DNA of 64,000 nt from a virus. Shown here in pieces: positions 54,136-64,000 of this stretch (within the stretch, counting starts at the first letter, position 1; every line of letters starts with the position of its first letter). The DNA is taken from the IMG/VR virus record IMGVR_UViG_3300009285_001996. The stretch is one strand, 5' to 3'. Under the pieces are notes generated by a model, which saw only the letters and a list, made by a program, of their open reading frames with translations, did not search any database and was not told the DNA's origin. The position numbers and the translations under genes are program-made.

Positions 54136-55209
54136 ATTAAATTATTACCTTATAGTTATGCCTATTAAATATACAAAAACAGAAGCCAAAAATAAATCTC
54201 TACTATGTGGAATTGAGATGATTGGAGATTATTTTTTAGGTAACACTAAAACAGACTTTAAATGTTCAAAATGCGGGAAGATATTCAAAACGAGACCTAA
54301 TAGTGTTTGGCAGGGGAAAGTATTATCATGTGGACATTGTAATGATCCACAAACTTATTATTGATTTTTTTATCGTTAAAACAAATCAGTATGGACAATT
54401 AACTAAAACAATGTTAAATTATCCAGAAAAATATGAAGAATATATTTGCAATTTTGACCCTCCCAAAATGTATAATGGACAATTAAACGAAAAAATAAAA
54501 AATATTGTATAATAAATATGGCATCCATTCGCTTCCTAGTTGATAAACAGGTCAGAATTTTAGAAATGTCGATTAAAAACGGCAGTCTAACTTTAGATGA
54601 ACGGGTAGCGGCTGTAAGAACCGGACAGATTTATCAAATAGATAGTTACGATAATGGTCCAGAAAATACTATAAATGTAGTTTTCGGTCAAAACTCACCA
54701 TTAAGAGGTATAGTTTTAGGCATTTCTAAAGCGGATATAACATTAAATCCAGACGTTCAACCTGAACTAGCACAAAATCAAGGTGGATGTAAATCTTGCT
54801 AACCAATAATAGAGGTATTATATAGATGAATCACATCAGATTATTAACAAATGCCGTAATTCATGCCCAGTACAAAACGGGCGATAAACACTTGAAGGTT
54901 CCCTCTGGTAGATTTCTCCCTGTACAAAAACTAGTCGAAAATCCCGATAACACGGTTACGGCATACTTACAAGATGGGGGAATCGTGCATTCTTTAGATA
55001 AGTCTTGTTTTTCCGTTCAAGGACAATTAGTATATGAGAAAGCGACAACCCATGAAGGGGCACAACGGGAACCGCCAACTCCAGTTCTTACCCACAACGA
55101 ACCCGCCCTCTCTATTCCGGATGAATTACCCGCCCCCTTTTCTCCCGCCTTATCAGATGAAGATTTTGAACAAACTGTAGATGATGAATAAAGGCTAGGA
55201 GTATCTAAA

Positions 55210-55461
55210 GTGGAATCTTTGGGGTGGATAGGATCAGTTTTGTTGGGTATATGCGGGATTTTTCAACTATGGCGGATACACACAACCAAGAGTGCGTCAG
55301 ACCTATCTTATCTTTTCCTGCTATCATGGCTTTTGGGTGAAGTTTTTCTATTTTGGTATGTCATATCTATGCAGGAAGTTAGTATATCGCTATTATTCAA
55401 CTATTCATTTAATATAGTGATAGTAATACTCTTAATTATGGGAAGAATAATATATGAATGA
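55210..55461 (+). CDS. PQ-loop/SemiSWEET-like membrane protein
   Basis: LGWIGS..L..CGIFQLW....TKSASDLS; three TM helices. Confidence 0.7.
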   Translation: MESLGWIGSVLLGICGIFQLWRIHTTKSASDLSYLFLLSWLLGEVFLFWYVISMQEVSISLLFNYSFNIVIVILLIMGRIIYE

Positions 55462-55803
55462 TGTACAAGAGACGTTGAGAGCCATTTATGAAAACCCTAA
55501 AGAATTAGCCTCTAGGTATGCGGGCAAAATCAGTGGAAAGCGGGTGCGGCTGTGCAAAAAGTGTAACAATCGGGGATATTTAGAGTTTACCGCGCCCGCT
55601 GGAAAGACTATTATAGAACATACTATTGTGTGTGAATGCGTGTTGGCCAACATCAAAAGTGAGGCGTTGGAGTGTGGACATGGGTAAGACGGTGCGGCGG
55701 CGGGATAAGCAAACCCGCAAATTTCTGAAAGAGCGTAAGTTAAGCAGGAAAAAGCGCAGTGGACAGTTTGAAGATTTATTCGTGAAACACAGGGATAGAA
55801 ACA

Positions 55804-56409
55804 ATGGTGGATAGTATACTTTTTGGAGATTATCTAAGAGAATGGAGAAAATATCTTAGTGAAGAAGAAATTGTAAAATATACACCAGTCCTGAAAGAGT
55901 GGTTCGAGCATATACAACCAGTAGAAAGACCGTCTTGGGATGAATATTTTATGTCGTTGGCGATTTTGGCTAGCTCAAGGTCGATGGATGCCCAAAGCAA
56001 ATTTGGGTGTGTGCTAGTGAAAGATAAGAGAGTTTTAAGTATAGGATATAATTCTTCACCTGGGAAAATGGATGATTCACTACTGCCGAACCTAAGACCA
56101 ACTAAATATAAATTTATGGTACACGCTGAATTAAACGCGCTCAATCTATGTAATAATAGACCAGATGGAGCAACGGCATATGTAACAGGAATTCCCTGCT
56201 CTGTTTGTTTGCGTAGCTTATATCAATCGGGAGTGCGAGAAATAGTTTGTTTGAATGTCCTAGCTAATATGCAGAAGGATGACCCAGAGGAAGAATTAAC
56301 ATTTAATACAATAGTTAAGATGGGCAAAATGAGCGTTAGATTTATTAGGTTGGATAAAGAGAAGTTATTAGGTGTTTTTACTAATTCTCTAAATAGGTTG
56401 GGAGTATAA
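55804..56409 (+). CDS. dCMP deaminase
   Basis: RPSWDEYFM, GYN, HAELNAL, PCSVC. Confidence 0.9.
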   Translation: MVDSILFGDYLREWRKYLSEEEIVKYTPVLKEWFEHIQPVERPSWDEYFMSLAILASSRSMDAQSKFGCVLVKDKRVLSIGYNSSPGKMDDSLLPNLRPTKYKFMVHAELNALNLCNNRPDGATAYVTGIPCSVCLRSLYQSGVREIVCLNVLANMQKDDPEEELTFNTIVKMGKMSVRFIRLDKEKLLGVFTNSLNRLGV

Positions 56410-56614
56410 TATGATTAGTTTTGATAATCCCCAGTTCTGCACATACGCCATCTCGCTTTGGGTGCGTGACGCCAACGGTAATGGTATTAGGAAGATCAGT
56501 TGTGAGAGCAATTCAGCAGATGAGATTTGCGGATTTTTTCAAAAGCATGGCGGCAGCTATTACCGAAAAAGTAAGAAAAAGACTGACAAAAAAATAGAGA
56601 ATAATTAAACAGCA

Positions 56615-58789
56615 ATGTCAATGAAGGCACTACAAAGCTATACCTATTATTCTAGGTATGCTTGTTATAACAAAGAAAATAAGAGACGGGAAACTTGGTT
56701 TGAAGCTGTTGACAGAATGATGGATATGCACCTACGAAAGTATCCAATTATAAAGGATGAAATAGAATGGATTAGACCACTAATAAAAGAAAAAAGATTA
56801 TTGGGATCACAAAGAGCTTTACAATACGGCGGTGCGCCAATAGAGAAAAAGAACGCTAGATTATATAATTGCTCCTTTTCATATTGCGATAGACCTAGAT
56901 TCTTTCAAGAAGCATTATGGATGTTATTATGTGGCTCTGGTGTCGGATTTTCTGTACAGAAGCACCACATAGATAAACTACCAAAAATTAAAGACCCAGC
57001 TACAAACATTGTAGAAACTTTTATTATTCCAGACTCTATAGAAGGATGGGCTGATGCTTTAGGTATACTTATTGCCACATATATGGAAAGCAAAGAATAT
57101 ACAGAGTGGTATGGTAAAACCGTAAAATTTGATTATTCTCAAATACGATCATTAGGGTCTAAGTTATCTTCTGGTGTTGGCAAAGCTCCAGGTCCAGAAC
57201 CGCTACACAGATCATTAAATAAAATACGTGAATTATTAAATAAATGTATTTTGGAAGGACAAAAAAAATTAAAACCCATCAATGCTTACGATATAGTAAT
57301 GCACTCTGCCGACGCAGTTTTAAGCGGTGGTGTTCGTAGGTCCGCCACTATTTGTTTATTTAGTATTGACGATCAGGAAATGATGTCGGCAAAAACAGGG
57401 AACTGGTTTTATGATAATCCACAAAGGAGTAGATCGAATAATTCAGTAATGCTATTGAGGCAGAATACTTCTAAAGAGGATTTTTTAAACATTATTGATA
57501 AGGTTAGAGAGTTTGGAGAACCAGGATTTATTTGGGTAGAAGATTTAGAATGCGGATTTAACCCATGCGTCGAGGTTGGGTTATATGCGTATGATAGTGA
57601 AAATAGGTCGGGTTGGCAAGTTTGCAATTTATCTGAGATTAATGGGGGAAAAATAAAGTGCGAAGAAGATTTTGCGTTAGCCGCTAGAGGAGCAGCTATT
57701 TTAGGTACTTTACAAGCTGGATATACTAATTTTGAATACCTTGGAAGTATTTCGGAAGAAATAATACGTAGAGAAGCATTATTGGGTGTGTCGATAACTG
57801 GTATGATGGATAATCCAGATATTATTTTTGACCCAGAAATTCAAAAACGAATGGCTAAATTGGTTGTTAAAACAAATAAGTGGGTGGCAAATAAGATAGG
57901 GATAAATCAGGCGGCGAGAACAACCTGTATTAAACCGGCGGGATCAACGTCTTGTGTATTGGGAACTTCCAGTGGTATACATCCACATCATGCCAGGCGT
58001 TATTTTAGAAGAGTGCAAGCTAATGCAATAGAGCCAGTTTTATCTTTTTTTAAGAAATACAATTCCTATGCTGTAAGTAAGAGTGTGTGGTCGGCTAATA
58101 ACACGGACGAAATTATTACTTTTTGTATCGAGGTTCCAGATGGAGCAAAAATAAAAAACCAAATTTCTGCTATAGAATTACTGGAATACGTCAAGGAAAC
58201 ACAGAAAAATTGGGTATGCAATGGAAAAGTTCAAGAACTTTGCGCTAATGAAAATTTATCACATAACGTATCTAATACTATAAATGTAAGAGATGACGAA
58301 TGGGATATCGTAGCAGATTATATATATAAAAATAGAAAGTGGTTTGCTGGAATATCTTTATTGCCATCATCTGGAGACCTTGATTACCCACAAGCGCCAA
58401 TGGTAAAGGTTAAGCTACCAACAGAAATTTTGCGAATATATGGGGATTGCGCTTTGGTTGCATCTGGATTAGTGGTTGATGGAATGCACTCGTTTGATAA
58501 TAATTTATGGGCTGGTTGTGACGCAATATTAGGATTAGGTAGCGAACAAACCACAGAAGATAAATTAGATTGGATAAGGCGTGTCAAACGGTTTGCAGAA
58601 AGATATTTAGGTGGTGACACAAGAAAGGCAACCTATTTACTAAAAGATGTTAATAATTGGAAAACTTGGATGGATTTAAATAGAGAATACAAGGATGTGC
58701 CATATGAAGAATTTATTGAACAAGAGAATACCGTTGATTTACATGACACAATAGCGTGTGCCAACGGAGCTTGTGAGATACATATATAG
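56615..58789 (+). CDS. nrdJ: class II (B12-dependent) ribonucleotide reductase
   Basis: YNCS, GSGVGFSV, GGVRRSA, NPCVE, CNLSE, TCIKPAG, C-terminal CANGAC. Confidence 0.88.
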   Translation: MSMKALQSYTYYSRYACYNKENKRRETWFEAVDRMMDMHLRKYPIIKDEIEWIRPLIKEKRLLGSQRALQYGGAPIEKKNARLYNCSFSYCDRPRFFQEALWMLLCGSGVGFSVQKHHIDKLPKIKDPATNIVETFIIPDSIEGWADALGILIATYMESKEYTEWYGKTVKFDYSQIRSLGSKLSSGVGKAPGPEPLHRSLNKIRELLNKCILEGQKKLKPINAYDIVMHSADAVLSGGVRRSATICLFSIDDQEMMSAKTGNWFYDNPQRSRSNNSVMLLRQNTSKEDFLNIIDKVREFGEPGFIWVEDLECGFNPCVEVGLYAYDSENRSGWQVCNLSEINGGKIKCEEDFALAARGAAILGTLQAGYTNFEYLGSISEEIIRREALLGVSITGMMDNPDIIFDPEIQKRMAKLVVKTNKWVANKIGINQAARTTCIKPAGSTSCVLGTSSGIHPHHARRYFRRVQANAIEPVLSFFKKYNSYAVSKSVWSANNTDEIITFCIEVPDGAKIKNQISAIELLEYVKETQKNWVCNGKVQELCANENLSHNVSNTINVRDDEWDIVADYIYKNRKWFAGISLLPSSGDLDYPQAPMVKVKLPTEILRIYGDCALVASGLVVDGMHSFDNNLWAGCDAILGLGSEQTTEDKLDWIRRVKRFAERYLGGDTRKATYLLKDVNNWKTWMDLNREYKDVPYEEFIEQENTVDLHDTIACANGACEIHI

Positions 58790-58800
58790 GATATTATCAT

Positions 58801-59646
58801 TTGTGCACCCTTTACACTGGCAACTGCCTAGATATTTTTCCTGCTATACCAGATAAGTCAATAAACGCCGTAATTACGGACCCACCCTATCCTGGCATAG
58901 TACGAAAATACGGTTGTATGGACGAAGCCGAATGGATGGAAATGATGAGGGGGGTAGTCCAACAATGTAGGCGAGTTTTGACCGACAATGGTAGTGCAGT
59001 ATTCATTTTACAACCAAATCAATCACACGTAGGAACAGTCCGAACTTGGCTCTGGGATTTTATGGCGTGGACATCTAGGGAGTGGAACATGGTACAGGAT
59101 GTATACTGGCACAACCCATCCCCTTTCCCAACCGTCCATTGTCAACGTAAATACGGTCTAATGAGACAATCTATTAAGGTTTGTGTATGGTTAGGTCCAC
59201 CAACTTGTTATAGAGATCAAGACGCCATCCTATTGCCTATTGCTGAAGCCACACTAAACGATAAGAGGGTCAATAATAATAATTTAAAGTATTCTCCCCA
59301 AGGCGGAAGTATGAGATATGCCAGAGGATTAGCCACATGTAAAGAAAGGGGTGGCTCCACACCAATCAATCTATTAACTATTTCTAACTCACAACCGCAC
59401 CACGAGGGATGTAAAGGTCACGGCGCAAGTACGCCTCTTAAATTGTGTGAATGGTGGGTGAAATACATAACCAAAAATGAAGATACTGTACTCGACCCAT
59501 TTTCTGGGAGTGGTAGTGTTGGGGTTGCCGCCCTAAATTTGGGCAGGAAGTATATAGGTATAGATAGTTGTGTGGAATATACGGAAATAGCGGAAAATAG
59601 ATTATCACTAACCCTCTTATCTTTAACTGGTGCCCACCCAAAATAG
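58801..59646 (+). CDS. beta-class N4-C/N6-A DNA methyltransferase
   Basis: TDPPY followed by VLDPFSGSGS. Confidence 0.88.
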   Translation: MCTLYTGNCLDIFPAIPDKSINAVITDPPYPGIVRKYGCMDEAEWMEMMRGVVQQCRRVLTDNGSAVFILQPNQSHVGTVRTWLWDFMAWTSREWNMVQDVYWHNPSPFPTVHCQRKYGLMRQSIKVCVWLGPPTCYRDQDAILLPIAEATLNDKRVNNNNLKYSPQGGSMRYARGLATCKERGGSTPINLLTISNSQPHHEGCKGHGASTPLKLCEWWVKYITKNEDTVLDPFSGSGSVGVAALNLGRKYIGIDSCVEYTEIAENRLSLTLLSLTGAHPK

Positions 59647-59662
59647 CAAAACATATCTAGCC

Positions 59663-60073
59663 ATGCCAACCTATTGTTATCAATGTTCGCTATGTGGACA
59701 CTACCTAGAGGAATTTCAGTGGATGTGTGACCCCCCACTTATTTCCTGCCCATCCTGTCAAAAACAATCATTAGAGAGAGTTTTAACTATTCCCTATGTA
59801 GCCATTAAAAAGAGTGATGGCGAGATTACCATTGGACATTTAGCCAATAGAAATTCTCAAAGATTTTCTGATGACCAGAAAGGCCACTTATTGAATAAAG
59901 ACAAGTCGGATAAATCTGTCCCCGATAGGGAGTTACCAACTGGAATGTCGTGGGCGGAAAAACAAACACTACAACCTACCCTTTTGGACAAATACCAAAC
60001 GGCTTCGCATAAAGAAATAAATAAAATGACAGATAAGCAGAAGGATACCTATATTAAGACGGGAAATAAATAG
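59663..60073 (+). CDS. FmdB-family zinc-ribbon protein
   Basis: MPTYCYQCSLCGH...CPSC. Confidence 0.75.
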   Translation: MPTYCYQCSLCGHYLEEFQWMCDPPLISCPSCQKQSLERVLTIPYVAIKKSDGEITIGHLANRNSQRFSDDQKGHLLNKDKSDKSVPDRELPTGMSWAEKQTLQPTLLDKYQTASHKEINKMTDKQKDTYIKTGNK

Positions 60074-63000
60074 ATAGAAACATAACCTTTATCATTAATT
60101 TAGGAGGATGTACTATGGACGTTTCTGAACTATCACTATCAGAGTTGATTTTACTACAAGGTCAAATTGATAATACGATTCAGGTGTTAGTGGCGAATGA
60201 CGGTCTTGAGGAGGAAATCGAATCACTACATGATGGGCTATTAGAAAACCAATACCTAACCATTAAAGTGACCATTCCTGTTGATATTGTGGTATATGAT
60301 ACTAATGGCTGTTGTATTGACATTGTTGAAGACGTCGAAGTTATGGATAGTGTGATTGAGCAAGCTGAAAAACACAAGGACGTGAAAGCTGCAATTAGAA
60401 AAATAGTCCAACAAGAAAGCGGTTTAGACAAGAGTGTTGCTAAATTGGCTAAAAAGTATAGGGTTAGTGAAGAGTTTATTCTAAACAGAGTATATAGAGA
60501 ATAAATGTGAGGTTTTTTATGAAATTCATAGTGAATATAGGTATTGCCGCCTACACAGAAACAGAGGGGCGGCACCCAAACTCCGCTAAAATTACGATTC
60601 CAGTGTGCGCGGATAAAACTGGTTTCACTATCGAGGTTGATTGTGGTGAAAAAGACACCGTTTCACAAATCCAAACTTTATTAGAAAAAATGAGGTTAGC
60701 CTGTGAATAACAACCGTGGGATTGGTTGGCAGAGCGCATTTGACGACGTTATATTCGCCGTACAAAATGACGTGCCAGAGCCAGAATTAACCGTAATTAA
60801 ATGTTCGGCGTGTGGACAAAAATTAATAGAGTTATTTGTGGTGGGAGACGGTCCCACTTCACAGTTAATCGTGGAATGCCCATTCTGTGGGGACAGGTCT
60901 TTTAAAGTTAGTGTACGAGGAGCATTCAAGTTTGCCGCTTGCGATAACGTAGAGATTACAAATATTCAGTATGGCGACAGTATAATTTTTAGTACAAAAA
61001 CATCAAGTTAAGGAGTTATTATGGGCGAACTAGGTTTACATATTATTGATAGCGGTAAACATAATGGGGAAGTTACACAAGAATTAGTGGGATATTCTCC
61101 TGCTCAAATGGTAGGATTACCACCAGAACGGGTAGACGTTGACGATAGGGGGTGTTTTGCCAAGGAATTGACCACAATGAGTGATGGAGTAGTAAAATCA
61201 TCGGTCTATTATTTGCGAATGGGAGTTGGCGGACACTTATTGGACCCTTGGAATATGCTTAATAGTGGTTCTGAGCGTAGTTATGCTAAACATGCAGGAA
61301 AGGATAGTGATAAATTTGTTAAGGTAAATGAGCGGTGTTTTAAGTTTTATATGAGATATTTAACTACTCGTAATAGTGCTAACTACTTAAATGCTGATAG
61401 AGAACTATTTACTGGTTAACCACTAACATAAGTAATTAACTATAGGAGATATAATAATGCGTAAACTAAGTAAGATCGAACAATTTTGGCTAGATGAAAA
61501 CACTGGTAAACTAACCGCAGAGGAAATAGCAGGGGAATTAAAGGGGGTAAGTACAAAGAGTGTGGAAAAGTATTTGGAAAAGTTAGGTTTACAGAATTTG
61601 GAGGTCGAGACCCCAACACCTCAACCAGTGGTGGTGAAAAACGACCAATTTGACCTATCTCCAGGTGATGAACTTATCATAGAGGATAATTACAAGAATG
61701 GTTTGCCGATTCCCACTATTGCCAAACAAATAAATAAAGCAGAAGAAGCCGTTAAAATGTTTATTGCTAGTAAACTTAGGGGGGCTGGTCGTGAGTTTTA
61801 TGGGGGAAAAGGACAAATCTCTAATCGACGAGTCGCTACCGTGATGACCGAAAGAGGAAGTGAACATTCGGATATAGTGGGAGATAGCGGCGGTCCCCAA
61901 AAGACAAGTAATCGTATTCATAAAATTAGAGGATAAATTATGCCAGTAGATAACCATTTACCAGTTAATGACGGTACATGGGCACCAACTGTTAATATAC
62001 CTATACCACCCATTTTTGTGTCCTATCCAAGTGAAGAAATCACAAAATTGGACACCATTATTCAATTATTGAACAGGATTATCGAGTTAATGCAAATGGG
62101 AAAGTAATATAATATGTATAAGATTATTGAAATAGTATTACTTATCTTAGCTTGCATATGTACTTTTTTATCTGGCTATATGGGTCATACCAATTTATTT
62201 GTGGGCGGTTTAATTTTATCAATTCCATATATCGTTAATATGAACAATAAATAATGATAATATGCACTAATCCAAATGACCCCTTCTTACTAGATAAGGA
62301 CACCACAATATGGATAGCCACTCTTTCAGATAACACTCAAATTTTCCAGGATGACAATCGACCAGAGTTAAACGAGCCCTCAGCTTGGCGCAGACTCAAA
62401 ACCTATTTAGGGCAGGAAGGTTTACATATAGTGGGGGTTCACTTTAGGTTTCGCTCACATGTGGTTTCCCTGCCATCATCTCCCCAAAATGAATATTATT
62501 GGAGTAAGGGGGTCGGGGCGGCGTGTGGAGGTCGATCTTCTAACTTCTTTATTTATGGAAGGCGAGAGGGGGACGTACTAATACGCGACTGGTATTCCGT
62601 GCCCGCTATTGTACGATCCCCCCATCTACAACAAACTAATCCTATTGCCGACTTTATCAATCACCCAAACTACATACCAATAATACCGATAAGGATATCT
62701 TTATGCCAGTCAAATCAATGATAGATAAAATATGTGAAACTCAAAATAAATTAGCTGCTGGGGTTGACGATGATGATACCAGAGTGCAAAAATTAGGTAG
62801 ACTTATTCAACAGTACAGAGAAATTACAGATAATGATTACAGCGTTGTAATAGAAGGATTGTCAAATCGGGAAACTTGGCTTTTCGACCACATTTTAACA
62901 CTATTCAAAGTTCCACTGTACTAGGGTTGAAATGGCGGATCATCGTACCGATAAATGCTGTTATCGTAGTTCGTATAGTGATTCCGACCTATATATCACT

Positions 63001-63644
63001 CCCTTGCAATATATTACAGAGATTTTCTTTGAGCGTACAGCTAAGGGGGCGTTACCTAATGAGTTCTGGCGGTTGCCGCAATACAAAAAAGAGTGGGGTA
63101 GGAGAGCTAAGGAGGTAGCAGCACTACTGAAGAAATATATACCAGAGGCTATCATTCAAGGCTTGAGAGACCCACGCCTAAAAAATCTACAGAGCCTCCA
63201 CGCCAAGGCTAGTTTTTCGTACAAAAAAGTGTTCGACGAGTATGAGAATAGATTAAAAGTGCAGGAAAAGTTAGATGTGGAAGAGGTTAAGCCAGTCAGC
63301 GGGGAAACTAGACAGCCGTTTAGACAAAGTTCAGTATTTGATTTATTATAATGCCTAAAAAATTAACCCAAGAAGAAGCAGAAAAAAGGAGTTTAGGGGT
63401 TGGAATTGAGATGGTGGGAGAGTATACTAACAGTAGTACAAATTGTAAATTTCGATGCCCATGTGGAAAATTGTTTCTCGCCCAACCAAGTAATATATGG
63501 AACAAACACACTAAGTCATGCGGGTGTAATATAACCTGTAAGGGTAAAAATAATTTCAATTTTAAAGGATATGAAGAAATACGCGGTAGTCAAATTAGGA
63601 TGATAAAACAACACGCGAAAGGAAGAATTAGGAAATAACAAATA

Positions 63645-64000
63645 ATGAAAAAGCAAAAAGCTGAAGAAAATATGCCAAGTCAAGAAGTAGATAATACGCA
63701 GAGAGTATTAGACACCATTACAAAAACATACGGTGATGACGTATTATATTCTGGTAGTCATTTAATAGAAAATCCACCACCGATTTTAAGCTGGTCGCCA
63801 GCCCTTGATATAGCTCTTGGGGGAGGGGTGCCGCCAGGGATTGTTTGTCTCTGTTCCCGGCCAAAATTAGGCAAAACTTCTAGTGCGATTTCCCTAGCTC
63901 GCAACGCACAAAAGGCTGGGTTATTTGTGTTAATTTGTGATATTGAAGGGCGGTTAGCCCCAAGAGATTTAGATATAGATGGTTTAGATCATTCAAAACT
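63645..64000 (+). CDS. recA: RecA/UvsX-like recombinase (runs off window end)
   Basis: hand translation: SPALDIALGGGVPPG...RPKLGKTS...DIEGRL. Confidence 0.8.
   Translation, partial: MKKQKAEENMPSQEVDNTQRVLDTITKTYGDDVLYSGSHLIENPPPILSWSPALDIALGGGVPPGIVCLCSRPKLGKTSSAISLARNAQKAGLFVLICDIEGRLAPRDLDIDGLDHSK

Noticed and set aside
56615-58789. Intron or intein in the ribonucleotide reductase
   Set aside because: The ORF is continuous, of normal length, and shows no intein motifs.
490-63559. Most minus-strand ORFs in the six-frame track
   Set aside because: They are antisense shadows of + strand genes with no recognisable motifs. Only the HNH at 15789-16523 is supported.
1-64000. Stop-codon reassignment
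   Set aside because: Long conserved genes are intact in the standard code, and TAA, TAG and TGA all end genes. The two splits seen are frameshifts.

Overview
A 64 kb, AT-rich segment of a large (probably jumbo) dsDNA phage genome, coded almost entirely on the + strand. The host is most likely a Planctomycete, inferred from a Planctomycete-style prepilin-domain protein, the SSB and signal-peptide trypsin-like proteases. About 1-24 kb is an early region of short, mostly unknown ORFs behind strong sigma70-type promoters. It includes ArdA-like, DUF932-like, HNH, deaminase and DenV-like genes, a tRNA-Ile(UAU) and several structured intergenic RNAs. About 24-64 kb holds nucleotide-metabolism, repair and host-takeover genes: RNA ligase, vWA, dUTPase, GuaC, an ExbB-like cluster, FkbM, SSB, Dam, glycosyltransferases, two sigma factors, ThyX, ClpP, dCMP deaminase, class II RNR, a second DNA methyltransferase and the start of RecA. 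The main finding is at 34.7 kb and 40.0-43.0 kb. A stand-alone Cas7/RAMP-like gene (40370-40900) and a Vsr/DUF559-like nuclease are interleaved with six ~60-77 nt units, plus one degenerate unit. Each full unit is 9-12 tandem pentamers (variable NN + near-constant WGT) ending in a covarying 6-bp hairpin, usually with a GAAAA loop. Read as codon positions 1-2 with every third target base skipped, the NN dinucleotides of several units spell near-copies of a stretch of the neighbouring phage gene. For example, unit F gives D-V-T-L-W-I-R-T-A-E-V against [14 protein letters not shown]. This points to an RNA-guided system with a gapped, wobble-blind code, aimed at homologues of adjacent genes. All alignments were counted by hand and no database searches were run.
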